Source of the DNA: a virus
Direction: 5' to 3' (one strand)
Length of the DNA: 64,000 bases
IMG/VR virus record: IMGVR_UViG_3300046387_001332
Shown: positions 50,329 through 59,959 of the stretch, one piece after another
Position numbering within the stretch: position 1 is the first letter of the stretch
How the letters are laid out: each line of letters begins with the position of its first letter
Notes under the pieces: generated by a model
What the model was told of the DNA's origin: nothing
The model's database searches: none
Seen by the model: the letters and a program-made list of their open reading frames with translations, nothing else
Program-made: the position numbers and the translations under genes

Positions 50329-51930
50329 ATGGCAGGAAACCAAAAAGTACCATTAAGGGAAATAATAAAACAAGAGTATACAGAGTGCTTAAAGTCACCT
50401 ATATACTTTATGAAAAAGTATTGTAAAATCCAACATCCAACACTTGGTACTATACCTTTTCATTTATATGAATTTCAAGAAAAAACTTTAGAGAGTTTTA
50501 AAGACGAACAATTTAATATTGTTTTGAAGGCACGTCAGATGGGAATATCCACACTTGTATCTGGATATGCTCTGTGGTTAATGACCTTCTTCACCGACAA
50601 ATCAATTCTATGTATTGCCATTAACCAAGAAACTGCAAAGAATATCGTTACTAAAGTAACTCATATGGCAGATTTTCTACCTTCGTGGTTACGAAGTGAG
50701 TGTACAGAAAAAAACAAGTTAAGTATGAGGTTTAAAAACGGAAGTAATATACGTGCGGCCTCAAGTAGTGTGGATGCTTCTCGTTCATCCTCTCTGAGTT
50801 TACTTATCGTGGACGAGTGTGCGTTTATTACAAACATGGAAGATATATGGACTGCATCGCAATCTACAATTACAACGGGTGGTCGTTCTATTCTATTATC
50901 AACTCCAAATGGTATCGGTAACTTTTTCCACAAAACTTGGGTTGGTACTATGGACGGATCAAATGACTTCAATCCAATTAATTTGCATTGGTCATTACAT
51001 CCTGATCGCGATCAAAAGTGGAGAGATTTACAAACAAAAGTTCTTGGTGAAAAAGACGCAGCCCAAGAATGTGATTGTGACTTTATTAGCAGTGGTCGTT
51101 CGGTGGTAGACGCAAGTTTAATTGAGTGGTACAAAGAAAATACAATGCGTGAACCTGTAGAAAAAAGAGGAGCAAACAAAGAATATTGGATATGGGAATA
51201 TCCAAACCACAACAAAGATTATGTAGTTGCGGCCGATGTTGCGAGAGGAGATGGACGAGATAAAAGTGCTTTTCATGTATTTGATGTGGAAGGTGTGAGA
51301 CAGGTTGCTGAGTTTAAGGGTGAAGTAGAAACAAAAGATTTTGGTAATTTATTGGTTGCAGTTGCAAGTGAGTTCAACGGAGCATTGTTGGTAGTGGAAA
51401 ATGCAAATATAGGTTGGGCGGTGTTACAACAGATTATAGATAAAGGATACAACAATTTATATTACACTCAAAGAGATTATCAATACATAGATGAGTTTTC
51501 ACAACATACAAATAAATTAAATAGAATGGAGAAGAAACAGGTTCCCGGATTCACAACATCTATTAAAACTCGTCCATTGATTATCAGTAAAATGGAACAA
51601 TATGTTCGTGAAAAAGAAGTTGAAATTGTTTCAGAAAGAACATTAGAAGAACTTTTTACATTTGTATGGAACGGACAAAAAGCAGAAGCAATGCAAGGAT
51701 ACAATGACGATTTGGTTATGAGTTTATGTATTGCACTTTGGGTTCGTGATACTGCATTACGATTTCGTTCGGAAAGTATTGAAACACAAAAAAGTTTATT
51801 TGATTATATGGGAAGTACAACTAACATGGATGTTGGTAAAAATTATCGTCAAAATGGACTTGAATCAAATCCATATGAAATGAAGAACCCACGTGGAGGA
51901 ACTGAAAGTTTAGATTGGTTGCTTCAATAA
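50329..51930 (+). CDS. Terminase large subunit (gp17-like)
   Basis: FHLYEFQ, KARQMGIST, LIVDECAF, STPNG, QECDCDF, ADVARGDGRD, NDDLVMS. Confidence 0.93.
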   Translation: MAGNQKVPLREIIKQEYTECLKSPIYFMKKYCKIQHPTLGTIPFHLYEFQEKTLESFKDEQFNIVLKARQMGISTLVSGYALWLMTFFTDKSILCIAINQETAKNIVTKVTHMADFLPSWLRSECTEKNKLSMRFKNGSNIRAASSSVDASRSSSLSLLIVDECAFITNMEDIWTASQSTITTGGRSILLSTPNGIGNFFHKTWVGTMDGSNDFNPINLHWSLHPDRDQKWRDLQTKVLGEKDAAQECDCDFISSGRSVVDASLIEWYKENTMREPVEKRGANKEYWIWEYPNHNKDYVVAADVARGDGRDKSAFHVFDVEGVRQVAEFKGEVETKDFGNLLVAVASEFNGALLVVENANIGWAVLQQIIDKGYNNLYYTQRDYQYIDEFSQHTNKLNRMEKKQVPGFTTSIKTRPLIISKMEQYVREKEVEIVSERTLEELFTFVWNGQKAEAMQGYNDDLVMSLCIALWVRDTALRFRSESIETQKSLFDYMGSTTNMDVGKNYRQNGLESNPYEMKNPRGGTESLDWLLQ

Positions 51931-51952
51931 CAAAACAAAACGGAGAAAACAA

Positions 51953-52561
51953 ATGAAGATAACGCAAAATATACTAATAACAATGGGATTATTATTTTTT
52001 ACTGGGGGATGTGCAACGCAATCATTATTACCAACACAAGGAGTATATACTGAATCATCATTTGAAACATATACGCAAGTTGAGGGTGTCGTTGAAAATA
52101 TAGAAATTGGAAAAACAAAGTATTCTGATTTAGTCAAACTGGGGTTAGACTTAGAAAATATTCCAAATGTAAAACGACTTACTTATCTTGATGTTATGAG
52201 TAAATTTAAATTAGATAGTCCATCAAGATATACATTGTTTAACAAAATAGAACTTCCGTCTGGTGTCTTAAAAACATTGGCAGCCAGAGAAGATGGACTT
52301 GCATATGAAATAAATTTAGAAAGAATAAAAAACCAAAGAGAAGGAAGTGTCATTTTAGATATACTAAACTTTAGAAAAAATGTACACACAACTGGATGGA
52401 AAATAAGTGTATTAATATTAATGGTAGATGATACTGTAGAGTATGTATTATACTCTGGTGAAAAAAATATTGATACTTTAAAACGAGAAAGAAATCCTCT
52501 TGGTCCATTTCAAGGATTTGATGGTGGTGACATCATCGGTGCGGCTAGTGATTTAAAGTAA
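51953..52561 (+). CDS. Predicted lipoprotein
   Basis: Signal peptide with lipobox-like FTGGC; SD GGAG; IEIGKTKYSDLVKLG resembles SmpA/OmlA-type segments. Confidence 0.7.
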   Translation: MKITQNILITMGLLFFTGGCATQSLLPTQGVYTESSFETYTQVEGVVENIEIGKTKYSDLVKLGLDLENIPNVKRLTYLDVMSKFKLDSPSRYTLFNKIELPSGVLKTLAAREDGLAYEINLERIKNQREGSVILDILNFRKNVHTTGWKISVLILMVDDTVEYVLYSGEKNIDTLKRERNPLGPFQGFDGGDIIGAASDLK

Positions 52562-52569
52562 TATATCTA

Positions 52570-52609
52570 TTGACATATATGTATATATTTTGTAGAATCA
52601 ACTATTTAT
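52570..52609 (+). promoter_or_regulatory. Sigma70-type promoter plus TATTTAT motif upstream of portal
   Basis: TTGACA 52570-52575, 17 nt, TAGAAT 52593-52598; CTATTTAT 52602-52609. Confidence 0.5.
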
Positions 52610-52619
52610 AAGAATTGTT

Positions 52620-54464
52620 ATGGCAGAAGAATCAAGAACAAAGAAACTTTTTGGTGGTCTTAGAAGATTATTTTCAACTGGTGTGGTTGTAAGAAATGTA
52701 GGTGGAAAAAAATTAAAAGTTGCCGATACAGATAATTTACAATACTCAAAAAGAATACGTGACAAGTATGACCGTATGCACACATTATATAGTGATTATG
52801 CAAATGGTTTTAATAATCTTGGATTTCAAAGTGCTAGATTAGAGTTATTTAGTGATTATGAAGTGATGGATACCGATCCTATTATTTCAAGTGCATTAGA
52901 TATTTACTCAGATGAATCAACCACTAGAAGTGAATTTGGTGAAATTCTTAAAATTACAAGTTCGGATTCTAATGTTAAAGGTATCCTTGAAAATTTATTT
53001 TATGATATATTAAATGTTGAATTTAATTTGTGGGGGTGGATTCGCAATATGTGCAAGTATGGAGATTTTTATTTACATTTAGAAATAGAACCTGAATATG
53101 GAGTTATGAATGTAAAACCAATTTCTACATATGAAATGACTCGCATAGAAGATTCTGATCCTGAAAACCCACAACTTGTAATTTTTAAACAAGAGGGTTC
53201 TACTAGAGCAGATTATGAAAACTATGAAATTGCACACTTTAGATTATTAGGTGATACGAATTATTTACCATACGGTAAAAGTATGGTAGAGTCAGCAAGA
53301 CGTTCGTGGAAGCAACTTCAATTGATGGAAGATGCTATGTTGATTCACAGAATAATGAGAGCACCTGAAAAAAGAATGTTTTATATTGATATTGGTAATA
53401 TTCCACCAAATGAAGTTGATAACTTTATGCAAAAAGTTATTAATAAAATGAAAAAAGTTCCGTTTGTTGATGAAAAAACAGGTGACTATAATTTAAAATT
53501 CAATATGCAAAATATGACCGAAGACTTTTTTATGCCAGTTCGTGGTGGTGATAGTGGTACTCGTATTGAAAATCTTGGTGCAATGACCTATGATGGAACG
53601 GATGATATAGAATATATTAAAAATAAAATGATGGCTGCACTTAAAGTTCCAAAAGCATTTTTAGGGTATGATGAAAGTATAACAGGTAAAGCAACTCTAG
53701 CCGCAGAAGATATAAGGTTTGCGAGAACAATTGAGAGATTGCAGAGAATTACGATAAGTGAATTAACCAAGATTGCAATAGTTCATCTTTATTCACAGGG
53801 GTATACAGATGCTAAGTTAGTAGATTTTAGTTTGAAGTTGACCAACCCTTCAACTATTTTTGAAGAAGAACGTGTAAGAATTCTTTCCGAAAAATTAAAT
53901 ACTGCACGTGATATGATTGATGCTAAGATGTTTTCAAAGAATTGGGTATATGATAAAATATTTGGATTACCTGAAAACGAAATCAATGAAATTAGAAGTG
54001 ATTTCGTGGATGATGCAAAAGAATTTTTCCGACTTGAGAGTATTCAAAATGAAGGAAACGATCCGGCCGATCCGAATCAAGCAGTAGATGCGGATGAAGA
54101 GGATAGTTGGGGTTTTGGTAAAATGGATACTCAAACCGAAAAAGATGAAGATAAAATTCATCAAAGAAAGAAAGAAGAAAAGAAACGAAAAAATGTTAAT
54201 AAAAAATACGATCATCCCGATGAAAAACCTATGGGTAGAGACCCACTTGGTGCAGATGAAAGACGTGTTAATGGAAGAGATTGGGGTGATTCCCCACTTA
54301 AACTTGAATCAGACTTAAATAAATTAGATTTATTTTTAAATAAAAAGGCAAAAAAAGAATCAGAAATGTCTAAATTAATCTGCGAAAAAACTAAAGATGA
54401 AACACAAACTACGGAAAAAAAAGAAGTAGATTATTTAGATGATAAGAATATTATTAAAAAATAA
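52620..54464 (+). CDS. Portal protein (gp20-like)
   Basis: QLQLMEDAMLIHRIMRAPEKRMFYIDIGNIP, EDFFMPVRGG, ALKVPKAFL, EDIRFARTI. Confidence 0.95.
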   Translation: MAEESRTKKLFGGLRRLFSTGVVVRNVGGKKLKVADTDNLQYSKRIRDKYDRMHTLYSDYANGFNNLGFQSARLELFSDYEVMDTDPIISSALDIYSDESTTRSEFGEILKITSSDSNVKGILENLFYDILNVEFNLWGWIRNMCKYGDFYLHLEIEPEYGVMNVKPISTYEMTRIEDSDPENPQLVIFKQEGSTRADYENYEIAHFRLLGDTNYLPYGKSMVESARRSWKQLQLMEDAMLIHRIMRAPEKRMFYIDIGNIPPNEVDNFMQKVINKMKKVPFVDEKTGDYNLKFNMQNMTEDFFMPVRGGDSGTRIENLGAMTYDGTDDIEYIKNKMMAALKVPKAFLGYDESITGKATLAAEDIRFARTIERLQRITISELTKIAIVHLYSQGYTDAKLVDFSLKLTNPSTIFEEERVRILSEKLNTARDMIDAKMFSKNWVYDKIFGLPENEINEIRSDFVDDAKEFFRLESIQNEGNDPADPNQAVDADEEDSWGFGKMDTQTEKDEDKIHQRKKEEKKRKNVNKKYDHPDEKPMGRDPLGADERRVNGRDWGDSPLKLESDLNKLDLFLNKKAKKESEMSKLICEKTKDETQTTEKKEVDYLDDKNIIKK

Positions 54465-54526
54465 TTAGTTAAAATCTAATTTATATTTATATTTATATTC
54501 AAATATATATTTTAAAGAACATTAAT

Positions 54527-55396
54527 GTGAAGAAACTCAAACATAGTAAATACAAAAATACTGGTATTTTATTCGAACTTTTGGTAAGGCAAATTACCGC
54601 TGATATACTAGATGGTAATGAAAAGTCGTCTGCTAATTCCTTATTAAAAAGACATTTCTGTGAAAATACTTGTTTGGGAAAAGAGCAAAGACTTTATCAA
54701 CTTTTAATAGAAGAATCAACGAATGATAAAGCAAAAGCAGAATCATTGTTGCACGAAGTAAAAGAAAGTCATCAAAAACTATCTAATAAAGATTTAGCAA
54801 CTGCTAGATATAATCTTGTAAAAGAAATAAAAGAAACATATCCGATTAATGACTTGTTTCGTGCCAAAATTAAAAATTACAAGACCTATGCTAGTATCTA
54901 CAAATTATTCGAGAGTCATAATCCGAATACTTATTGTGACCCGAAAGAAATTTTTGAATCAAAAAATACTATAATTGGAAATTTGGTTTCTGCTCACGAT
55001 AAATCAAACGGTAATGTTGATGTAAGTGATTACGAAAAGCAAAATGAAGATTTAAGATTAATTACCTATAAACTTTTGGTTGACAATTTTAATAAGAAAT
55101 ACAGTAAACTTGACGAATCACAACAGACTTTATTGAAAAATTATATTCACAATATTTCAAATACTAATAGTTTAAGAGAATACATAAACGAACAAGTACC
55201 TCAAATAAAGAAAAGTATTTCAAAGTATTCCAAGAATATAAATGACGAAGTTGTCAAAATAAAATTAAAAGAAGTGGTATCTCAGTTAGAAAAAACAACT
55301 GAAGGTCGTGTGGTTAGAGATTCTCAAGTGTCTACATTGCTTATGAGTTATGAGTTAATAAAGGAACTTAAGAAAAATGCCAACGACACGAAATGA
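54527..55396 (+). CDS. Conserved head-module hypothetical protein
   Basis: KHSKYKNTGILFELLVRQI N-terminus; GTG start; follows the portal gene. Confidence 0.7.
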   Translation: MKKLKHSKYKNTGILFELLVRQITADILDGNEKSSANSLLKRHFCENTCLGKEQRLYQLLIEESTNDKAKAESLLHEVKESHQKLSNKDLATARYNLVKEIKETYPINDLFRAKIKNYKTYASIYKLFESHNPNTYCDPKEIFESKNTIIGNLVSAHDKSNGNVDVSDYEKQNEDLRLITYKLLVDNFNKKYSKLDESQQTLLKNYIHNISNTNSLREYINEQVPQIKKSISKYSKNINDEVVKIKLKEVVSQLEKTTEGRVVRDSQVSTLLMSYELIKELKKNANDTK

Positions 55397-55862
55397 ACTA
55401 AAGAATATAATTCGCAGTTTAGTATCAGAAATTTTAGAAGATGATTCTGATTTAAATGAAATGAATACCACTGCAAACGCAGATGGTTATCAAACGCCTC
55501 ATGCATTTGCGGGTACAGATGAAAAAACACACAAGAAAAAAATTAAATCACGTGCAGAAGTATTTGATTATAAGACAACAGAGGATGAAAAAAACAATAC
55601 TGTAAAAATAAACGAGGGTAAGAGTTTATATCATATAATGAGAGATCATCCGGATTATAGTCCAACTCAAAAAGTTGGGGTGATGGTTAGAGAAATTAAC
55701 AAAAATATAAATGAAATTGACAAATTAATAAATCTAGTTTCAAAATACAAATCCGAGAATAGTGTAAATTCACAAAAATACTGGAGAACAACTCGTAGGT
55801 TTCTTGAAAAAATAGACGAAAAGATTAAGACAATTTCACATAAAATGAAAGACCTAAAATAA
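55377..55862 (+). CDS. Putative prohead core/internal protein
   Basis: N-terminal ELKNIIRSLVSEILE helix; LNE|MNTTANADGYQTPHAF module. Confidence 0.6.
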   Translation: MPTTRNELKNIIRSLVSEILEDDSDLNEMNTTANADGYQTPHAFAGTDEKTHKKKIKSRAEVFDYKTTEDEKNNTVKINEGKSLYHIMRDHPDYSPTQKVGVMVREINKNINEIDKLINLVSKYKSENSVNSQKYWRTTRRFLEKIDEKIKTISHKMKDLK

Positions 55863-56248
55863 TGAAAAATTGTACAAGATTAGATGTAGTATCATCAAGC
55901 ACAATAAGCACCGAGCAAAAATTAAGAGAATTGGTAACAAAACAAAAGAATCCTAAAAAAGTAGTTGCTTCGTCTGAAGGAAAAGCACTTGCTTCAAAAT
56001 TAGGAAAGAATTGGAAAGCAGTTGGAAACTCTGCCGAAATAACAAACACACTTGATGAAATTTCTGGAACAATCAAAGTCACCCGTGATCAAAAAACAAA
56101 TCATTATTCGTTTAATATTAGATTTGATATGAGTGTTTTAAATAAAAAACGTGCAATAAACACAGATACAATCAAGCAAGAAATAAGTAATGGGTTACTT
56201 GCATTGGTAAAGTCTTCTGCTGATTTAGGAAATCAATTGGGAGATTAA
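55862..56248 (+). CDS. Hypothetical protein
   Basis: Coupled ORF (TAATG). Confidence 0.6.
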   Translation: MKNCTRLDVVSSSTISTEQKLRELVTKQKNPKKVVASSEGKALASKLGKNWKAVGNSAEITNTLDEISGTIKVTRDQKTNHYSFNIRFDMSVLNKKRAINTDTIKQEISNGLLALVKSSADLGNQLGD

Positions 56249-56252
56249 ACAA

Positions 56253-57089
56253 ATGTGCGAGTGTAGTTGTAATTCTCAATTAAACGAAGAAACTGATCCT
56301 GCACTTGAACAGTACAAAAAAGTTCTTAAAGACTTAGGTGATTCTGTAAAGTCTGCTCACAAATCAACTGAGGGTAAAAAACTTTCAATTGAATATTGGA
56401 AAGATGTAGTTAAACTTTTAAAAAAAGCAAAACTAGGAATTTCTATGATGGAATTGGGAATTGATGATGAAGAAGAACTAGAAACAGACCACGATGCAAC
56501 AACTAAAAAAGTAAAATCTAAATCTGATGGTGAAGCAGATTCTGAAGAGTCAGAGTCTAGTTCTGATGAAAACGAAGACGATGATACTTCTAAAAAATTA
56601 TCTGAATTGGGATTAAAAAACGAAGAAGCAAAATCAAAATCACAACAAAGATTATTTGGTATGGTTCATGCACTTAATAACGGTGAATTAAAAAAGTCAG
56701 ATGTAAGTGATGATTTATATCAAAAAATCAAAAAGATTTCTGATGGAATGACAAAAAAAGATGCAAAGAAGATGGCAAAAACAAACCATGATGATCTTCC
56801 TGAAAAAGTTCCATCAAATGAACACTATGATATACTTAATCATTTATCTATTTTGTTAACTGAAAGTGGATGTCGTGTAGGGGAATCTGATGGTGCTGAA
56901 TTTAAAATAGATAATAATAGTCGTATTCATACTATTAAATTTGACGATAAATTTTACTTAGTTTCTGAGAGTTATAATTTTGAACTTGGCACATCAAACG
57001 ATATTCAGAATGTAGTAGATACATTTGTGAAACTTACTTCAAATTCAGAAGACTCTCTTAAACACGAATATAATACATCTTTAAATTAA
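56253..57089 (+). CDS. Putative internal head protein with DUF3008-like module
   Basis: AKSKSQQRLFGMVHA...MTKKDAKKMAKTNHDDLPEKV. Confidence 0.6.
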   Translation: MCECSCNSQLNEETDPALEQYKKVLKDLGDSVKSAHKSTEGKKLSIEYWKDVVKLLKKAKLGISMMELGIDDEEELETDHDATTKKVKSKSDGEADSEESESSSDENEDDDTSKKLSELGLKNEEAKSKSQQRLFGMVHALNNGELKKSDVSDDLYQKIKKISDGMTKKDAKKMAKTNHDDLPEKVPSNEHYDILNHLSILLTESGCRVGESDGAEFKIDNNSRIHTIKFDDKFYLVSESYNFELGTSNDIQNVVDTFVKLTSNSEDSLKHEYNTSLN

Positions 57090-57146
57090 ATTGTTTTTGT
57101 AAAAATAGACAATTAAATCGTAATACGTATATACTTATTTATTGAT

Positions 57147-57776
57147 ATGGCAAAAAAAATATTAGTATCCACAATGCCCTTTGAATTCTCACCTGAACAA
57201 ATAAGTGAAAGTATAGATAAGAATTCGGGAAGATTGATTGTAAGAGGTATTTTACAAAAAGCATCCGAGCAAAATCAAAATGGTAGAGTTTACTCACGAC
57301 CTTTGTTAGAACGGGAGGCAGGAAAATATCAACAATTAATTGATGATAGACGAGCACTTGGTGAATTAGACCATCCTGAAAGCAGTGTAGTGAATTTACA
57401 AAATGTAAGTCACAATGTAACTAAGATGTGGTGGGACGATAATAACCTTGTGGGCAATGTTGAAGTTCTTGGAACACCAAGTGGTAATATTTTGAAAGAG
57501 TTGTTTAAAAGTGGAATTACTTTAGGAATTAGTTCACGTGGAATGGGTACTACACGTGAACATGAAGGTAAAACAATGGTAAACGATGATTTTGAATTGG
57601 TTGCATTTGATTTTGTAAGCAACCCATCAACCCGTGGTGCATTCTTAGAACCTGTGAATCTAAATGAATCTGTTAATTCAGAAAACAAAGTTGTTACTGA
57701 AGGTCGTGTTTGCACAAAGTATTGTAAGGTAGAAGGAATTATACACGAAATTTTAGGTGAACTTGGAGAAATGTAA
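57147..57776 (+). CDS. Prohead core protease (gp21-like)
   Basis: NQNGRVY, ALGELDHP, VSHNV, TPSGNIL, GISSRGMG, DFVSNPS. Confidence 0.95.
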   Translation: MAKKILVSTMPFEFSPEQISESIDKNSGRLIVRGILQKASEQNQNGRVYSRPLLEREAGKYQQLIDDRRALGELDHPESSVVNLQNVSHNVTKMWWDDNNLVGNVEVLGTPSGNILKELFKSGITLGISSRGMGTTREHEGKTMVNDDFELVAFDFVSNPSTRGAFLEPVNLNESVNSENKVVTEGRVCTKYCKVEGIIHEILGELGEM

Positions 57777-57777
57777 A

Positions 57778-58239
57778 ATGAGTACTGAGATTAAAAAAGC
57801 AATTAAGTCAGCAATTCTTGAAGTATTAAAGGAAGAAAAAGCAAAGCAATTAAATGAGTTTAATCCAGACACAGGTAGATTTGAAGATGACGGGTTGTCG
57901 TCTGAGCAAAAAAAACTTACATCAGAGAAGATTTCAAAGTTTGGTAATTATCAAAAGTATATAGCACACGAAGCAAAAGATATGGATGTAGCAAAAGATA
58001 TTTGTAACATCGTTGAAAATGCTTCTAAATATATTTTGAACGAAACTGATGATTGGTTTGATGCTATGAGTGTTAAAAGAAATCTTAAAGAAATTAAAAC
58101 TATGGCAAAGGAATTCTACAAAACTGCAAAAGAACGACAAGTTTATACACAACGAATGCAGAGTTTGTATGAAGATATGGGTAATATACTAAACAGATAT
58201 TTTGAAATTAACGGAGAAATAACCGATGAACAAAAGTGA
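57778..58239 (+). CDS. Head-module hypothetical protein
   Basis: N-terminal EIKKAIKSAILEVLKE helix; C-terminal LYEDMGNILNRYF. Confidence 0.65.
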   Translation: MSTEIKKAIKSAILEVLKEEKAKQLNEFNPDTGRFEDDGLSSEQKKLTSEKISKFGNYQKYIAHEAKDMDVAKDICNIVENASKYILNETDDWFDAMSVKRNLKEIKTMAKEFYKTAKERQVYTQRMQSLYEDMGNILNRYFEINGEITDEQK

Positions 58240-58960
58240 ACTTAAAAAATTTGTAAGAAAAGTTTTACTTGAAAAACTTGATTGCAAACCAAATGTACAT
58301 GGTAAACTAATTAAGAAGACTATTAGTTTTCGTGGAATTAATAGAGAGTGCGTTGCCGAGGGAACAATTGAAGATGCTAATTTATACGCACATGAAAATA
58401 ATTTAGAATATGTAAACTCTGACGATTCATACTTTGGTGGTCACTTTATATGTGAAATGACATCGTATGAATTTCAACCTGATCCTGAGTTTTATGGTGA
58501 GATCATGGAAACAAATATGACTGCACGTGAACAACTTGCAAGAATTTGTGGATCAAATGATCAAGTACTCACAGAAGTAGATGCGTGTAATGCAGAAAAG
58601 TTGGTAGAGTTTATATGTACATCTGAAGAATTTAAAAGTAACTACACAGACATAGTATTTGAGAACATAAACGAAAGTATCAATAATAAACTTCATGACA
58701 AATCACAATTCAAAAAGTTATTTTCTTATCTAGTTGAACAATCAATAAAATGCTCAACTGAAGATGAATTTAATATGTCAGATGCTGAAGTTAATTATGC
58801 AACTGAAGTTTTATCAAAGCATTTTTTCAAAGAGCACACATCTTCCACAGAAGAAACATTAGAACCAATTGAAACAAAATGTGGAAAAAAATCTTTTAAA
58901 CAAGGAAACGCATTTGAAAATATGCAAAGAATAGTATCAAACCATAGAATATTTCTATAA
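58226..58960 (+). CDS. Head-module hypothetical protein
   Basis: N-terminal MNKSELKKFVRKVLLE helix. Confidence 0.6.
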   Translation: MNKSELKKFVRKVLLEKLDCKPNVHGKLIKKTISFRGINRECVAEGTIEDANLYAHENNLEYVNSDDSYFGGHFICEMTSYEFQPDPEFYGEIMETNMTAREQLARICGSNDQVLTEVDACNAEKLVEFICTSEEFKSNYTDIVFENINESINNKLHDKSQFKKLFSYLVEQSIKCSTEDEFNMSDAEVNYATEVLSKHFFKEHTSSTEETLEPIETKCGKKSFKQGNAFENMQRIVSNHRIFL

Positions 58961-58972
58961 GGAAACAAAATA

Positions 58973-59743
58973 ATGAAAATAACAAAATCAGAATTAAGAG
59001 AAATAATCCAAGAAGTAGCAGACGAACTTGGTCTATTTGAAGGTCTTACGGCTGCTCAAGAAAAACTACCAGAACCATTAAAGAAAGCAATTCTTAAAAA
59101 GCAAGGAAAGTCCGATGACTCCGATGATGAAAAGAAGGATGTAGAAGAAGGTCTTACTAAAGCACAAGAAAAGTTACCCGAACCTCTCAAAAAAGCAATT
59201 CTTAAAAAGCAAGGAAAGCAAGAAGAATCTGATGAAGATTCTGAAGAAGAGAAAATTGAAGAAGGAAATGCGTTTGGTGCGGCCGTTAAGAAAGCAAGAG
59301 AAAACGGAGAAAAAGAATTTGAAGTGGGTGGAAAAAAATATAAACTCAAGGAAAAGAAAGAAATTACCGAACAAGAAGATACCGAAGAATTTGTAGGTGA
59401 TTCATCTGACGAAGAAGATGTGGAAGAAGGAAACGCATTTGGAGCAGCCGTCAAAAAAGCAAGAGAGGACGGAGAAGATGAATTCGAAGTAGATGGAAAA
59501 ACATACAAAGTAACCGAGCAATCAGATTCATCGGACATAGGAAAAAAAGATAATCATGTTGATGTAGCAGATTGTAAAGATTGTGATGATCCCGGAGAAG
59601 GTAAACTTACAAGTGAAGATGTTGACGAAAGTATTACTGAGATTGAAGTTGATGGAAAAACCTATAAAGTAGGACAAAATTGGTCAAAAATCACACTTGC
59701 TGAAAAACTAGATAGAATGCTTGGAAATCGTAAAATTTTGTAA
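58973..59743 (+). CDS. Modular acidic prohead core/internal protein with duplicated peptide modules
   Basis: MKITKSELREIIQEV; two EGLT.AQEKLPEPLKKAILKKQGK; two EEGNAFGAAVKKARE.GE.EFEV.GK.YK. Confidence 0.7.
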   Translation: MKITKSELREIIQEVADELGLFEGLTAAQEKLPEPLKKAILKKQGKSDDSDDEKKDVEEGLTKAQEKLPEPLKKAILKKQGKQEESDEDSEEEKIEEGNAFGAAVKKARENGEKEFEVGGKKYKLKEKKEITEQEDTEEFVGDSSDEEDVEEGNAFGAAVKKAREDGEDEFEVDGKTYKVTEQSDSSDIGKKDNHVDVADCKDCDDPGEGKLTSEDVDESITEIEVDGKTYKVGQNWSKITLAEKLDRMLGNRKIL

Positions 59744-59771
59744 AATATTACACCAAAAACACTTAAAAACG

Positions 59772-59801
59772 AAAAAAGGGAAGAAAATCTTCCCTTTTTT
59801 T
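59772..59801 (+). terminator. Rho-independent (bidirectional-type) terminator
   Basis: AAAAAAGGGAAGA-AAA-TCTTCCCTTTTTT. Confidence 0.8.
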
Positions 59802-59959
59802 ATATATTTTTATATATTTTTAAATATTTGTTTATGTAAGTATATATTTATCTTTTCAAAATGTTCTTACTTTATTAAGAACAACTAAAAAAAGGTTTTA
59901 ATTATTTGAAGTCCTATTAAAATGACTTTATCAAACTAATCTATAAAGGATAATTAACC

